Part shown: one piece after another, positions 22,245 through 33,587 of the stretch
How positions within the stretch are numbered: the stretch's first letter is position 1
Layout: every line of letters begins with the position of its first letter
Assembly: GCF_050285345.1 (NCBI RefSeq)
Contig: NZ_JBLZXR010000020.1
Coordinates: forward strand, 1,966-65,965
Reading direction: 5' to 3'
Length of the DNA stretch: 64,000 nucleotides
Source of the DNA: Acinetobacter sp.
Lineage (GTDB): Bacteria; Pseudomonadota; Gammaproteobacteria; Pseudomonadales; Moraxellaceae
Made by a program: the position numbers and the translations under genes
The notes under the pieces: model-generated
The model's input: only the letters and a program-made list of their open reading frames with translations
Database searches by the model: none
Told to the model about the DNA's origin: nothing

Positions 22245-22280
22245 AAAAACACTGCCTAGGAATTCCTAGGCAGTGTTTTT
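22245..22280. terminator. Perfect 36-bp palindrome / terminator between permease and rsmC
   Basis: aaaaacactgcctagg-aatt-cctaggcagtgttttt. Confidence 0.75.
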
Positions 22281-22292
22281 AGACAAATGAAT

Positions 22293-23663
22293 TTACTTCT
22301 TCACTTCAGGAAGAACAATATTCAAAATAAGGGCAGCAATACCGCCAGTAGCAACACCTGAACTGAAAATGTTGCGGAATAATTCAGGTAGATGTTCCAA
22401 AATTTGTGGAACTTGTGCAACGCCTAGACCCAAAGCCAATGAAATTGCAATAATCAGCAGGGCACGGCGATCCAGATGAATACCTGACAAAATGTTGATC
22501 CCAGAGGCAGCAACTGCACCAAACATCACCATGACAGCACCACCAAGCACAGCTTGAGGAACTGCCTGAATCACCCCAGCAACCGCTGGAAGTAGACCTA
22601 GAATCACCAATAATGCCGCAATCCAAATACCGACATAACGGCTGGCAACACCAGTCAGTTGAATCACGCCGTTATTTTGCGCAAACACAGAACTTGGGAA
22701 AGTATTGAAAATACCTGCGAGGAATGAGTTGGCACCATTGACCAAGACACCGCCTTTAATACGCTGCATCCATTCAGGACCATCTACGGCTTGGTTAGAC
22801 AGCTTGGAGGTTGCTGTGATATCACCAATCGCTTCTAAAGATGTAACGAGGTAAATGAATGCCATTGGAATAAATAAGCTCCAAGAGAAGCTTAAGCCAA
22901 AGTGCATAGGAGTTGGCAGTTGAACCAGTGGCGCATCTTTTAGACCTTCAAAGTTCAAATGTCCCATAAAGCCAGCAAGGATATAACCAATTACCAGTGC
23001 AATCAGGATCGCTGAGCTTTTGACCCACGTAATGCGTACACGGTTGAGTAAAATAATCAGAGCCAAAACGGTGCATGACATAATCAGGTTGTCGGCATTG
23101 GCAAAGGTTTTATCGCTCATGGCTTGATAACCACCGCCCATACTGATTAAACCTTCTTTAATCAGGGTTAAACCAATTAACAGCACCACAATACCTGTGA
23201 CTAATGGAGTAATTAGTTTTTTCACCCATGGCAAGATGCGTGATACGCCCATTTCAATAAATGAGCCTGCAATCACGACACCAAAAATCGAAGCCATAAC
23301 CGCTTCGACCGGTGTGCCTGCTGCAACCATGGCAGAACCAATACCAATGATGGGGCCGATAAAGTTAAAGCTAGTGCCTTGTACAATGAGAAGACCCGCG
23401 CCGAATGGACCGACTTTTTTACATTGTAAGAAAGTTGCAATGCCTGAAATTACTAAAGACATGGATAGAATCATGTTGGTGTCTTCTTTCGATACACCAA
23501 GGGCCAAACAAATCAACAAGCCCGGCGTCACAATCGGGACAATAATGGCGAGAAGGTGTTGAAAAGCAGCGAGGAAAGCAATGATCGGGCGAGGGCGGTC
23601 GTTTAAACCATAGACCAAATCAAGTTGATTGGATTGATGAGGAGGGAGATTTTGATCGGACAT
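22293..23663 (-). CDS. NCS2/NAT family xanthine/uracil permease (XanP-like)
   Basis: QH motif in TM1; NAT signature FAQNNGVIQLTG. Confidence 0.92.
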   Translation of the reverse strand: MSDQNLPPHQSNQLDLVYGLNDRPRPIIAFLAAFQHLLAIIVPIVTPGLLICLALGVSKEDTNMILSMSLVISGIATFLQCKKVGPFGAGLLIVQGTSFNFIGPIIGIGSAMVAAGTPVEAVMASIFGVVIAGSFIEMGVSRILPWVKKLITPLVTGIVVLLIGLTLIKEGLISMGGGYQAMSDKTFANADNLIMSCTVLALIILLNRVRITWVKSSAILIALVIGYILAGFMGHLNFEGLKDAPLVQLPTPMHFGLSFSWSLFIPMAFIYLVTSLEAIGDITATSKLSNQAVDGPEWMQRIKGGVLVNGANSFLAGIFNTFPSSVFAQNNGVIQLTGVASRYVGIWIAALLVILGLLPAVAGVIQAVPQAVLGGAVMVMFGAVAASGINILSGIHLDRRALLIIAISLALGLGVAQVPQILEHLPELFRNIFSSGVATGGIAALILNIVLPEVKK

Positions 23664-23834
23664 AAGTCAAAAGGTATTTGCAAGATGGCGCTATTCTAAT
23701 CGCTTTACACAGCTTTACAAAACCTAAAGAACGTCCATCGTTAAAAAAATTCTCATTGTCAAGAAACTGTCACTACTAAAAGTTTAGTTTTTTCTGTATA
23801 ATTTGCCCTCAAATTTAAAGCGTATCGAATTTAC

Positions 23835-25673
23835 ATGTCAGATATTAAAACTCTCCGTAATATTGCCATCATCGCGCACGTCGACCATGGTAAAACGACT
23901 CTAGTCGACAAACTTTTACAACAATCAGGTGCTTTGGGTGAACGCGCGGGTGAGATCGAGCGTGTTATGGATTCAGGCGCTATTGAAAGCGAACGTGGGA
24001 TTACCATTCTTGCAAAAAACACTGCAATCAAATGGTTAGACAAACGTACTGATACTGAATACCGTATTAACATCGTGGATACCCCGGGACACGCCGACTT
24101 CGGTGGTGAAGTTGAACGCGTAATGTCAATGGTTGACTGCGTATTGCTTCTTGTCGATTCTCAAGAAGGCCCAATGCCACAAACTCGTTTTGTGACAGCA
24201 AAAGCCTTTGCGAGCGGTCTAAAGCCAATCGTGATCATTAACAAAGTCGACAAGCCAAATGCGCGTCCAGACTGGGTAATTGACCAAGTATTCGATCTTT
24301 TCGATAACCTTGGTGGTACTGACGAACAGTTAGACTTCCCAGTAGTTTATGCTTCAGGTCTTCGCGGTGTGGCTGGTCCATCTCCAGAAGAGTTGGCTGA
24401 AGACATGACACCATTGTTCCAAACAATTGTGGACATTGTTGAACCACCAGCAGTTGACGTTGATGGTCCATTCCAAATGCAAGTATCTTCACTTGATTAC
24501 AACAGCTTCGTGGGTGTAATTGGTGTGGGTCGTATTCAACGTGGTTCAGTGAAGTTGAATACACCTGTAACTGTCATCGACAAAGATGGTAAAACACGTA
24601 ACGGTCGTATCTTAAAAATCATGGGTTACCATGGTCTAGATCGTATTGATGTTGAATCAGCATCTGCAGGTGATATCGTTTGTGTAACGGGTATTGATGA
24701 ACTTCATATCTCTGACACAATCTGTGATCCTAAAGCGGTTGAAGCTTTACCTGCACTTTCTGTAGATGAACCTACAGTATCGATGACTTTCCAAGTCAAC
24801 AACTCACCGTTTGCGGGTAAAGAAGGTAAATTCGTAACTTCACGTAATATCCGTGAACGTCTTGACCGCGAATTGATTCACAACGTAGCTTTACGTGTTG
24901 AAGATACTGACAGTCCTGACCGTTTCAAAGTGTCTGGTCGTGGTGAACTTCACCTTTCAGTATTGATTGAAAACATGCGTCGTGAAGGCTTCGAGATGGG
25001 TGTATCTCGTCCGCAAGTGATCATGAAAGAAATCGACGGTGAAATGCAAGAACCGTACGAAAACGTAACGTTTGACGTTGAAGAGCAACACCAAGGTTCT
25101 GTAATGGAACAAATGGGTCACCGTAAAGGCGAAATGACCAATATGGAAGTTGACGGTAAAGGCCGTATCCGTATTGAAGCAACTGTTCCTTCACGTGGCT
25201 TGATTGGTTTCCGTTCTGAATTCATGACAATGACTTCAGGTACAGGGATCATGACATCAAGTTTCTCTCACTACGGTCCTGCAAAACAAGGTACTGTAGC
25301 GAAACGTCAAAATGGTGTGTTGATTTCTATGGTTCAAGGGACTTGCTTGGGCTATGCATTGTTCACACTTCAAGACCGTGGTCGTCTATTTGCTAAACCA
25401 CAGTTGGAAGTTTATGAAGGTATGATCGTAGGGATTAACTCACGTTCAGACGACATGACTGTGAACCCAACGAAAGCTAAACAGTTAACTAACGTACGTG
25501 CTTCTGGTACAGATGATGCTTTAACCCTAGTGCCTAACATCGAATTTACACTTGAACAAGCGCTTGAATTCATTGAAGATGATGAGCTAGTTGAAGTAAC
25601 ACCGAAATCAATTCGTATTCGTAAGCGTTACTTGACTGAGAACGAACGTAAACGTAACCGTTCTGGTAAATAA
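23835..25673 (+). CDS. typA: Translational GTPase TypA/BipA
   Basis: [26 protein letters not shown]; BipA C-terminal domain. Confidence 0.97.
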   Translation: MSDIKTLRNIAIIAHVDHGKTTLVDKLLQQSGALGERAGEIERVMDSGAIESERGITILAKNTAIKWLDKRTDTEYRINIVDTPGHADFGGEVERVMSMVDCVLLLVDSQEGPMPQTRFVTAKAFASGLKPIVIINKVDKPNARPDWVIDQVFDLFDNLGGTDEQLDFPVVYASGLRGVAGPSPEELAEDMTPLFQTIVDIVEPPAVDVDGPFQMQVSSLDYNSFVGVIGVGRIQRGSVKLNTPVTVIDKDGKTRNGRILKIMGYHGLDRIDVESASAGDIVCVTGIDELHISDTICDPKAVEALPALSVDEPTVSMTFQVNNSPFAGKEGKFVTSRNIRERLDRELIHNVALRVEDTDSPDRFKVSGRGELHLSVLIENMRREGFEMGVSRPQVIMKEIDGEMQEPYENVTFDVEEQHQGSVMEQMGHRKGEMTNMEVDGKGRIRIEATVPSRGLIGFRSEFMTMTSGTGIMTSSFSHYGPAKQGTVAKRQNGVLISMVQGTCLGYALFTLQDRGRLFAKPQLEVYEGMIVGINSRSDDMTVNPTKAKQLTNVRASGTDDALTLVPNIEFTLEQALEFIEDDELVEVTPKSIRIRKRYLTENERKRNRSGK

Positions 25674-25714
25674 GATTGAATAATGCTGTTGCTCCTGATG
25701 GGGCAACATCATTT

Positions 25715-25749
25715 AAAAATGTCATCAAGTGATTGATGACATTTTTTTT
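25715..25749 (+). terminator. typA intrinsic terminator
   Basis: aaaaatgtcatcaa-gtga-ttgatgacatttttttt. Confidence 0.8.
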
Positions 25750-25896
25750 GTTTCAAATTAGCAAAGCTATGTATAAAAGCAGATGATTTCTGAGTAAATT
25801 ACAAGGAATTAATGATGCTTATACATTATAATTTGTGATGTATGTCACTAAAATATTTTAATAAAGAATAGTTGTGAATATTCGCTGGAGATTTAG

Positions 25897-26328
25897 ATGA
25901 GTATTATTCAAGAATTTAAAGAATTTGCCGTAAAAGGCAATGTGATGGACCTTGCTGTGGGTGTCATCATTGGTGGTGCATTTGGCAAGATCATTGACTC
26001 GATGGTGAAAGACATCATCATGCCTTTTATCTCATGGATTTTAGGCGGTGATGTTGATTATTCAAATTGGTTCTTGGTATTAGGTGATAATCCGAATAAT
26101 GTGACGACCTTAAAAGCAGCACAAGATGCAGGTTTGAATGTATTGGCTTATGGTAGCTTCCTGACCATTTTAATTAACTTCCTGTTATTGGCATGGGTAG
26201 TATTCTTGCTGGTGAAAGTGATGAATAAAATGCGTCGTCAAACAGTGGAAGAACCAGCACCGGCTGCAACACCAGAAGATATTGAATTACTTCGCGAAAT
26301 CCGTGATGAATTGAAAAAACGCCCGTAA
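25897..26328 (+). CDS. mscL: Large-conductance mechanosensitive channel
   Basis: [37 protein letters not shown]. Confidence 0.97.
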   Translation: MSIIQEFKEFAVKGNVMDLAVGVIIGGAFGKIIDSMVKDIIMPFISWILGGDVDYSNWFLVLGDNPNNVTTLKAAQDAGLNVLAYGSFLTILINFLLLAWVVFLLVKVMNKMRRQTVEEPAPAATPEDIELLREIRDELKKRP

Positions 26329-26348
26329 GCGTAATTTAAATGGGTCAT

Positions 26349-26378
26349 AAAAAAACGGCACTTAATGTGCCGTTTTTT
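26349..26378. terminator. Bidirectional terminator mscL/ppiC
   Basis: aaaaaaacggcac-ttaat-gtgccgtttttt. Confidence 0.8.
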
Positions 26379-26505
26379 CAGCATTTTCTTTGAAATGAGA
26401 AATGCTTGCTTTGCAAGGGATGGGGGCTTAAATTCCCTTTCCTTTGCGGCATATATTCCTTATTTGCTTTAAGGCGAGGAAGTATCCATTTAGTACTTGG
26501 TGGGT

Positions 26506-26787
26506 TTAATCCATCCGAAACTTAATTTCCAGTAAATGCCAACCGAATTGGCTTTTGATTGGGCCATGCAACTCACGTTCGGGCAGGGTAAAGACGGCTT
26601 TATCAATCGGACCAACCAGTTGGCCTTTTTTAATATCACCGAGTTCACCGCCTTTTTTACCAGACGGACAGGTCGAATGTTGTTTGGCGATTTTGGCAAA
26701 GTCAGCACCGCCTTTAATTTTCTTTTTCAGTTGTTCGCACAGTTCTTTATCTTTGACTAAAATATGACGGACGATGGCAGATTTCAT
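26506..26787 (-). CDS. ppiC: Parvulin-type peptidyl-prolyl isomerase
   Basis: RHILVK; HSTCPSGKKGGELG; SQFGWHLL; ATGA overlap with mutM stop. Confidence 0.9.
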   Translation of the reverse strand: MKSAIVRHILVKDKELCEQLKKKIKGGADFAKIAKQHSTCPSGKKGGELGDIKKGQLVGPIDKAVFTLPERELHGPIKSQFGWHLLEIKFRMD

Positions 26788-27638
26788 GCTTTAGTTCCTT
26801 TTGAGACTTTTTTGGCAGTCAGTTTTACTTGCTTTAAGGGTTGGCATTCAGGGCAGAACACGCTTGCTCGTTGCCCCAATTTTAAATTTTCCAAGGTGGT
26901 TTCGCAGTTTACGCACATTTCACCTGCGCGTCCGTAGGCCAATAAGGTTTGTTGAAAATAACCATTTTCCCCCATAGCATTGCTGTAATCACGTAAGGTT
27001 GAGCCACCCAAATCAATCGCTTGTTTTAATATGCGTTTAATCTCAATGACCATCTTTTCAATTTGGTCAAAGCTCAGACTTGACGCGGGCTGTGCAGGAT
27101 GAATGCCTAAATTGAATAGGCTTTCAGTCGCATAAATATTACCGACACCGACCACGACATGGTTATCCATAATTGAAACTTTAATGCCTGTTTGCTTTTT
27201 CTTAAATTTATTGAATAAATAATCTGCATTAAAAGCATCACTTAATGGCTCAGGGCCAAGTGTGTCGATCAGTTTAGTTTGTGAATTGGCATCCAACCAC
27301 AGAATACAACCAAAGCGACGCGGGTCATGATAGCGTAATTGTAGGTCTTCAAACTGAATCACCAAGTGATCATGCTTGCGCAATGCTTCATGTCCATCAC
27401 AAATACGGAAACTCCCTGACATACCTAAGTGCCAAAGCATCGTGTCGTGTTCAAATTCGGCCAAAATGTATTTAGAACGACGACTCAGTTTGAGCAGTTT
27501 TTGCCCGACCAGTTTTTGGATATCAGAGGGAATCGGCCAACGTAGACTGGATTGAAAAACCTCAACTTTTAGGACTTTTTCATTCAGTAAAGGCAGTAAA
27601 CTGGTTTTAGTGGTTTCAACTTCTGGTAATTCAGGCAT
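26784..27638 (-). CDS. mutM: Formamidopyrimidine-DNA glycosylase (Fpg)
   Basis: MPELPEVET N-terminus; HLGMSG; GVGNIY; C-terminal zinc finger CVNC...CPECQ. Confidence 0.97.
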   Translation of the reverse strand: MPELPEVETTKTSLLPLLNEKVLKVEVFQSSLRWPIPSDIQKLVGQKLLKLSRRSKYILAEFEHDTMLWHLGMSGSFRICDGHEALRKHDHLVIQFEDLQLRYHDPRRFGCILWLDANSQTKLIDTLGPEPLSDAFNADYLFNKFKKKQTGIKVSIMDNHVVVGVGNIYATESLFNLGIHPAQPASSLSFDQIEKMVIEIKRILKQAIDLGGSTLRDYSNAMGENGYFQQTLLAYGRAGEMCVNCETTLENLKLGQRASVFCPECQPLKQVKLTAKKVSKGTKA

Positions 27639-28031
27639 ACAGGTGACAGAAAGACAGGTTAAGGATCTTGCGCATAATATTGGGTTTAGCCAAGTGGATT
27701 GCAAGCTGTTTGAAAGCAGGATCAATATGAGGGAGTGTAAAAATGAATCAAAACAGCAAGGTGAAAATAAACCAACAAGTCAAATAAAAAGTCTTTGATT
27801 TTTAATTTTAAAAATGAATTATAAAGTTATGTTTTTAAGACATTGAAAATAAATGAATTAAATTTTAATTTAATAAAAATTATTTTATAAAATTTAATAT
27901 TTTATAAATAAAAGTTTAATAAGTAATAAAAAATATGCTGAGATAAAATATGAAAAATTATGTAATTTTTATAATATTAATTTTAAGCCATTCGGCTCAT
28001 ATCTGAACTCTCTCCAGATTTAGGTTTTCCA

Positions 28032-29291
28032 ATGAAAAAAATCAGTCTCGCTGTTATGCCGACTTTAATAATGGCCGCAATGACTCAAGTTCACGCAGCA
28101 AATATATTTGATCCTCAAGGTCAATATATGTTGGGTGATTGGGACGGTAAACGTAGCGCCCTTGCTGACCAAGGGGTGAAATTTGAAGCCAATATTGCAG
28201 CCGATGCGGCGTATTTGGCGGATGGCGGACGAAATCCAGATCACTCCGCCACCATAGCCAGCCAGCTTTGGCTGGGTACACAATTAGATTTGGAAAAACT
28301 GGCAGGCTGGGATGGGGTGACTGTTCGTGCAGTGATGACAGCACGTCAAGGTCAAAGTACTTCTGTTCGTGATTTGCAGGATCCGTCTGCACCACAATTG
28401 GCCAATGTTCAGGCCAATTACGGCCGCGGCAATCAAAAAAGCCGTTTAAGCGAACTGTCGATCGAAAAGAATTTTAAAAATCAAGACATCAGTGTCAAAG
28501 CCGGGCGTTTAGGCTTAGGCATGGACTTTAACGTGATGGCCTGTGATTTTGAAAGCACTGCATTTTGTGCAGCACAAATGGGCAAATGGCAAGGCACGAT
28601 GTGGATGAACACGCCAGTATCGCAATGGGGCGGACGTGTGAAGTATCAGGTGAATCCAGAATTGTTTACCCAAGTAGGGGTATATGAATACAACCCTGAA
28701 AATGCATTGGAACGTCACGGTTGGAATCTTGATACTGACAAAGCCGATGGGGTTACGATTCCTGTAGAATTGGTATGGACACCAAAATCATCAGTAAATG
28801 GTTTACCGGGCAGTTACCGCGTCGGGGCGATGTATAACAGTGCAGATGAAGTACAAAATCAAAAAGATATTGCCCATCCTGCAGATGCGAAAAATCGTAC
28901 CTTTGGTGGTTGGGTTGCAGTTGAACAACAATTAACTTCAAGTGGCGAAGGTCGCCGTGGCTTACACAGTTTCGCGAACTTTACTTGGCATGATCGCATC
29001 ACCACAAAAGTAGATAACTCACAACAATTGGGGCTGAAATATATTGGTCTTGTCGACCGTTTACCAAATGACATGATTGGTTTAGGCGTGAACCGTGTGC
29101 ATGTGAATAATCGACTTTCCTCAACACAGTTTGATGCTAGCGCAGAATATAACGTTGAATTAAATTATAGCCATCATGCAACTCCATGGTTAATGCTTCG
29201 TCCAAGTTTGCAGTATGTGGTGAACCCGGGTTCAACCAATCGAGTGGATGATGCTTTCGTCATGGGCTTTAGCTCTAAGTTAGTATTCTAA
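28032..29291 (+). CDS. Carbohydrate-selective porin, OprB family
   Basis: Signal peptide; LGDWDGKRS; LDLEKLAGW; LRPSLQYVVNPG; C-terminal Phe. Confidence 0.9.
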   Translation: MKKISLAVMPTLIMAAMTQVHAANIFDPQGQYMLGDWDGKRSALADQGVKFEANIAADAAYLADGGRNPDHSATIASQLWLGTQLDLEKLAGWDGVTVRAVMTARQGQSTSVRDLQDPSAPQLANVQANYGRGNQKSRLSELSIEKNFKNQDISVKAGRLGLGMDFNVMACDFESTAFCAAQMGKWQGTMWMNTPVSQWGGRVKYQVNPELFTQVGVYEYNPENALERHGWNLDTDKADGVTIPVELVWTPKSSVNGLPGSYRVGAMYNSADEVQNQKDIAHPADAKNRTFGGWVAVEQQLTSSGEGRRGLHSFANFTWHDRITTKVDNSQQLGLKYIGLVDRLPNDMIGLGVNRVHVNNRLSSTQFDASAEYNVELNYSHHATPWLMLRPSLQYVVNPGSTNRVDDAFVMGFSSKLVF

Positions 29292-29840
29292 GGCGCTGAT
29301 CGGTTCATCCATGTAACGTAAATCGAATGTTAAAACATGACTGACGTATTTACTTTAGTTCATGCTGTGTATTCGCCAGCAACTTGATACAGAAGCAGGT
29401 TCTACGGAACCTGTTTAATTTTTTGGAGATTATGATTTTCTAAGGCTTTAGTTTCCAAGATCAAGGTTTTTCCTCTCTAGAGGATTTAGTGAAAACCTCA
29501 ACCCACAACTCAATACTGAACTAGATTTAATCTAATTATTTGAAGTTTATAGCTATTTATAAAAACAACAGATTCAAGAAAATACTGGAAGAAAATGTCT
29601 TGGCGTGATTTAACACTACAAGTCAGTAATGACCTAGTTTTGGTTAATGCAGGCGATGTATGACAATAATAAGAAAATGAGCACGTTAAAAGAGATGTTC
29701 ATGCTGACAATGTATTGGATGAAAAGTATATTGTTCTATGATTGTGAAGGATCGTCATGGCTGCTTCTTTGAACCTGCAGATAGGGGGAATGGGAGTATT
29801 GGCCAAAGTGTGACTCAAGCCATTTAATAAGGAGATTCTC

Positions 29841-30956
29841 GTGGCATTGCTATTTCAACCCATTCAATTTGGATCATTGGCGCTTAGTAATCGCATTGTG
29901 ATCGCCCCGATGTGTCAATATTCTGCCAATGAACACGGTGAGCTGAGTTATTGGCATGAACAACAATGGGCAAATTATGCTTTGTCTGGCGCAGGTTTAT
30001 GTATTATTGAAGCGACCGCTGTGCAAGCGGAAGGGCGTATTAGTTATGCAGACTTAGGTTTATGGAATGACTTGCAGCGTGCTCAGATCAAAGCTTTATT
30101 GGCAAAAGTCAAGTCGATTTCACCTATGCCTTTTGGTATACAACTTGCACATGCAGGCCGTAAAGCCTCAACGGATAAACCATGGGATGGGCGAGGTCAA
30201 TTTGCACCGGAACATGTCAATGGCTGGCAAACGGTTTCTGCAAGTGAACTGCCTTTTAATGTAGATGATCATGTCCCTCATGCTTTAAGCAAAGCAGAAA
30301 TCCAGAAGATCATTGATGACTTTGCTGAATCAGCAAAACGTGCTGTGGATGCTGGCTTTGATTTGATTGAAGTCCATGCTGCGCATGGTTATTTATTACA
30401 TCAATTTATGTCTCCATTATCAAATCAGCGCACAGATGAATACGGCGGTAGTTTTGAAAATCGTATTCGTTTAACTCTTGAAGTTTTTCAAGCCATGAAA
30501 AATGCGGTACCTGAGGATTATCCAATTGGAGTCCGTATTTCAGCCACGGACTGGATGGAATCTACAGGTGAAATGAGTTGGGATATTGACTCTACTGTGG
30601 GCTTATCCAAAGCACTTGAACAATTGGGTGCAGCGTATATTCATGTGTCGAGTGGTGGTTTATATGCGGCACAAAAAATTGAATTACAGGCCAATTATCA
30701 AGTGCCATTTGCAGAAGCCGTAAAAAAGGCAGTTACCATCCCTGTGATTGCTGTGGGGTTAATTACTGAAGCGATGCAAGCCGAAGGTATCTTACAATAT
30801 GGAATGGCGGATGCCATCGGTCTTGCACGTGCAATGTTATACGACCCACGTTGGCCATGGCATGCTGCAGCAGAGTTGGGTGAAAATATTCAAATTGCAC
30901 CGCAATATCTTCGCTGCCAACCGCATGCACAGCGCAGCCAATTTTCAGCGTTCTAA
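29841..30956 (+). CDS. NADH:flavin oxidoreductase (Old Yellow Enzyme, YqjM/NamA-like)
   Basis: APMCQYS; QLAHAGRKAS; HAAHGYLLHQF; NQRTDEYGGSFENR; GTG start after SD aaggag. Confidence 0.93.
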   Translation: MALLFQPIQFGSLALSNRIVIAPMCQYSANEHGELSYWHEQQWANYALSGAGLCIIEATAVQAEGRISYADLGLWNDLQRAQIKALLAKVKSISPMPFGIQLAHAGRKASTDKPWDGRGQFAPEHVNGWQTVSASELPFNVDDHVPHALSKAEIQKIIDDFAESAKRAVDAGFDLIEVHAAHGYLLHQFMSPLSNQRTDEYGGSFENRIRLTLEVFQAMKNAVPEDYPIGVRISATDWMESTGEMSWDIDSTVGLSKALEQLGAAYIHVSSGGLYAAQKIELQANYQVPFAEAVKKAVTIPVIAVGLITEAMQAEGILQYGMADAIGLARAMLYDPRWPWHAAAELGENIQIAPQYLRCQPHAQRSQFSAF

Positions 30957-31046
30957 CTAGCTTGTTCAGCAATGATGATTACATTCAAGTCATCTTAAAT
31001 CGATGGCTTTGAATGGTATTGTTGTTTTTACAAAGGATATTTCAAT

Positions 31047-31973
31047 ATGGTTTTTGAGGTCATCGGACCGATCTTTTTGCTATTGGCATTGGGATATCTT
31101 TCAGTCAGATTAAATTTACTCAACAAAGAACAGGTCGGCACGATTGGCGGCTTTGTGATTAAAATTGCTTTACCCGCATTATTTTTCCAATCTCTTTCCT
31201 CTAAAGACTTACATCAAATTTGGTATCCCGGATATTTCTTTGTTTATACCAGCGTGACTTTTTTGTTATTTGGGATCGCGTATTGGTTGATGAGCACGCA
31301 TTTTAAAAACACGATGTCACAGTCTGCTGTTTTGTCCCTTGGGGCTGGGATGTCTAATACGGGGCTAATTGGAACGGCGGTGCTGAGCTTATTGATCGGT
31401 CAAAAAGCCATGACCTATACCTCGTTGGTGGTGATCATTGAAAGTGTTTTGCTGATTCCGACGGTTTTGATCCTTGTGCAATTGGGTATGCAGCAAAAGG
31501 CCAATGTTGCTGAAATTGTTAAAAAAACGGCATTCACGCTCTTCAAAAATCCTTTATTTGCAGGGGTAATGTTAGGGATTATTTTTGCTATTTTCCAAAT
31601 TCGCTTGCCCCACCAAATTAGCCATGTCCTGTTGATGTTAGGTCAAACTGCTTCACCGCTGGCGTTGTTTGCAATTGGTGGTGGCATCGTGGGAATGAGT
31701 TTGAAATATGTCAATGCACAGAGTTTTTATCTGGTATTTTCTAGCAATCTTGTGATGCCGCTTCTGGTGTATTTGGGGCTGCGTTATTTCACCGATGTTA
31801 GCCAAGAAATGTTGCATGCAGGGACAATTATTGCATCACTTCCGATGCCAACCATTTTTGCCATACTAGGCCAAGCCTACGGCTTAAATGAAAAAACTCT
31901 GACACCTTTATTGATGAGTACCATTCTCGGCTTTATTGTTTCGGGTACTTTAATCAGTATTTGGTGGGCTTAA
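31047..31973 (+). CDS. AEC (auxin efflux carrier) family transporter
   Basis: IALPALFF; SNTGLIG; KNPL; PLALFAIG; about 10 TM. Confidence 0.88.
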   Translation: MVFEVIGPIFLLLALGYLSVRLNLLNKEQVGTIGGFVIKIALPALFFQSLSSKDLHQIWYPGYFFVYTSVTFLLFGIAYWLMSTHFKNTMSQSAVLSLGAGMSNTGLIGTAVLSLLIGQKAMTYTSLVVIIESVLLIPTVLILVQLGMQQKANVAEIVKKTAFTLFKNPLFAGVMLGIIFAIFQIRLPHQISHVLLMLGQTASPLALFAIGGGIVGMSLKYVNAQSFYLVFSSNLVMPLLVYLGLRYFTDVSQEMLHAGTIIASLPMPTIFAILGQAYGLNEKTLTPLLMSTILGFIVSGTLISIWWA

Positions 31974-32031
31974 GTTTATAAAAATCGGCAACAATCTTTT
32001 ATTGTTCATAATTTGGTTGTTCACAGCAAAT

Positions 32032-32203
32032 AAAACGCCCTGCAATCACAGTAATGTCAGTCAGTTAAGGATTTAAAAGTTAAAAATAAGGCCAATAAGA
32101 CGTAAATTTAGCTTAATTTAAATCCAAATATAAGGACGGTTAGGTTAAGAAATAACCTGAATTTCCTTAACTGATCAGCATTATCGCAAGAGCAGGGCTT
32201 TTT
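32032..32203 (-). repeat. Long imperfect inverted repeat (~50-nt arms); predicted RNA hairpin on the minus strand
   Basis: gccctgc..taatg..tcagttaagga (32037-32071) mirrored by tccttaactga..catta..gcagggc (32164-32198); several mismatches become G-U pairs on the minus strand. Confidence 0.75.
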
Positions 32204-32215
32204 ATCATTTTAGGG

Positions 32216-33025
32216 TTAACTTTTTTTCGCACTTGCTGCTTTCGGTGCCTTGGCTTGTTCAGCAATCAGTTTGTCCACCGTAGCTAAAGATTCTTTGGCT
32301 TGCGGTACGTTTTCCTGTGCCAATGCTGAGAAGATTTTTTTCGCTTCAGTTAAGTTTTGCGGAATGATATTGCCGTTCGCAAACATATTGCCGACGGCCA
32401 TTAATGCAGGAATATAGCCTTTTTTCGCGAGGTCTTGAATACTGTTCAAACCCTGTTGAATCGGCTTTTCATTTTTGGCTTTAAAACCTGTACTAATGTC
32501 ATATAAGGCTTTGGCATGAATGGCAGGGTAGTTGCTTTTTTTAATCAGTGGATCCAGTTTGCTGAGCGCCAGTTTGTCTGAGGCTGGTTTATTTTCAGAA
32601 AATAATAGCACGGCATAATCAATGGTCGCGTCATCAAAACCCGAAGATGATGCGCGCTCTAAATGTTGTTTGGCTTTGGCAATATCTTGTTTTAACCCTA
32701 AAGTCCCTGTAACGTAATTTTTGCCTAAAACATAATTGGCAACAGGATAGCCTTTTGCAGCTGCTTGCTCATAGAGCTGAATGGCTTTTTTCTCGTCTTT
32801 GGCTGCGCCTTGTCCGGTTTGGGTTAAGTAACCAAGATTATAGATAGCTTGAGCATTGCCTGTAGCAGCAAGTGTATTGAGCGCTTGATAAGCACCTTTC
32901 ATATCTTTGGCTTTGACCATGGCTTCAATTTTGGCAAATTCGGGATCAATCGTCGCAGGTTTAGTTTCAGCGGCAGCAAATTGAGCGGTCATGGCTAAAA
33001 GGCTTGCAAGGAGGATTTTTTTCAT
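32216..33025 (-). CDS. Secreted Sel1/TPR repeat protein
   Basis: Signal peptide; Sel1 repeats (GNAQAIYNLGYL..TGQG; GYIPALMAVGNMFANG). Confidence 0.88.
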   Translation of the reverse strand: MKKILLASLLAMTAQFAAAETKPATIDPEFAKIEAMVKAKDMKGAYQALNTLAATGNAQAIYNLGYLTQTGQGAAKDEKKAIQLYEQAAAKGYPVANYVLGKNYVTGTLGLKQDIAKAKQHLERASSSGFDDATIDYAVLLFSENKPASDKLALSKLDPLIKKSNYPAIHAKALYDISTGFKAKNEKPIQQGLNSIQDLAKKGYIPALMAVGNMFANGNIIPQNLTEAKKIFSALAQENVPQAKESLATVDKLIAEQAKAPKAASAKKS

Positions 33026-33277
33026 TTTAAAAACCTTTGTAAATCATTCACATAATTCCATTTATGTGCTTTAGTGGATTATTTTTCTGTTTTAACATCA
33101 TAGGTCGATTTATGGAAATGTAAAGTGCGGATTTGTGATTTTAACGGCGAAATTTAAAAAATATTTGTTTGGATATTTGAGATGATGGCTTAAATTTCAA
33201 AATAGATGCGTTTTGACTTTGCAAAATATCTGGACTCTGTTCTAATCGCGCTTTGTTTATTGGTCAGGAGCTACGCG

Positions 33278-33523
33278 ATGTTTATTAAGGGCATTAAACG
33301 TAACTACGATAAAATTAATGCAGATGAGTCGATTGCGGATGAAGATAAAATTGATGCGCTGTTGATGAAACTTGGTGCAGAATTTTTAGTCAGTCAGGAA
33401 GACCGTGTTTACCTGTTTAAAAAAGGTGATCTGGAAGCAAAATTTGATGCGAAACATGCGCGTGCATATCATTTTAAAGACTATGTATGTAAAGACATGA
33501 ACAAATTGTTTCATGGCTTCTAA
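33278..33523 (+). CDS. Hypothetical protein (81 aa)
   Basis: ATG after strong SD aggag; followed by terminator. Confidence 0.75.
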   Translation: MFIKGIKRNYDKINADESIADEDKIDALLMKLGAEFLVSQEDRVYLFKKGDLEAKFDAKHARAYHFKDYVCKDMNKLFHGF

Positions 33524-33541
33524 TCAAAAAACCTCCGCTTT

Positions 33542-33587
33542 TGAACTGAACCCTATAAGTTGGACACAACTTATAGGGTTCAGTTCA
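33542..33587. mobile_element. 46-bp miniature IS3-like element (two head-to-head 21-bp terminal inverted repeats) with 4-bp CTTT target duplication
   Basis: tgaactgaaccctataagttg-gaca-caacttatagggttcagttca with TG...CA ends; cttt at 33538-33541 and 33588-33591; sits in the loop of terminator aaaaaacctccg/cggaggtttttt. Confidence 0.8.
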
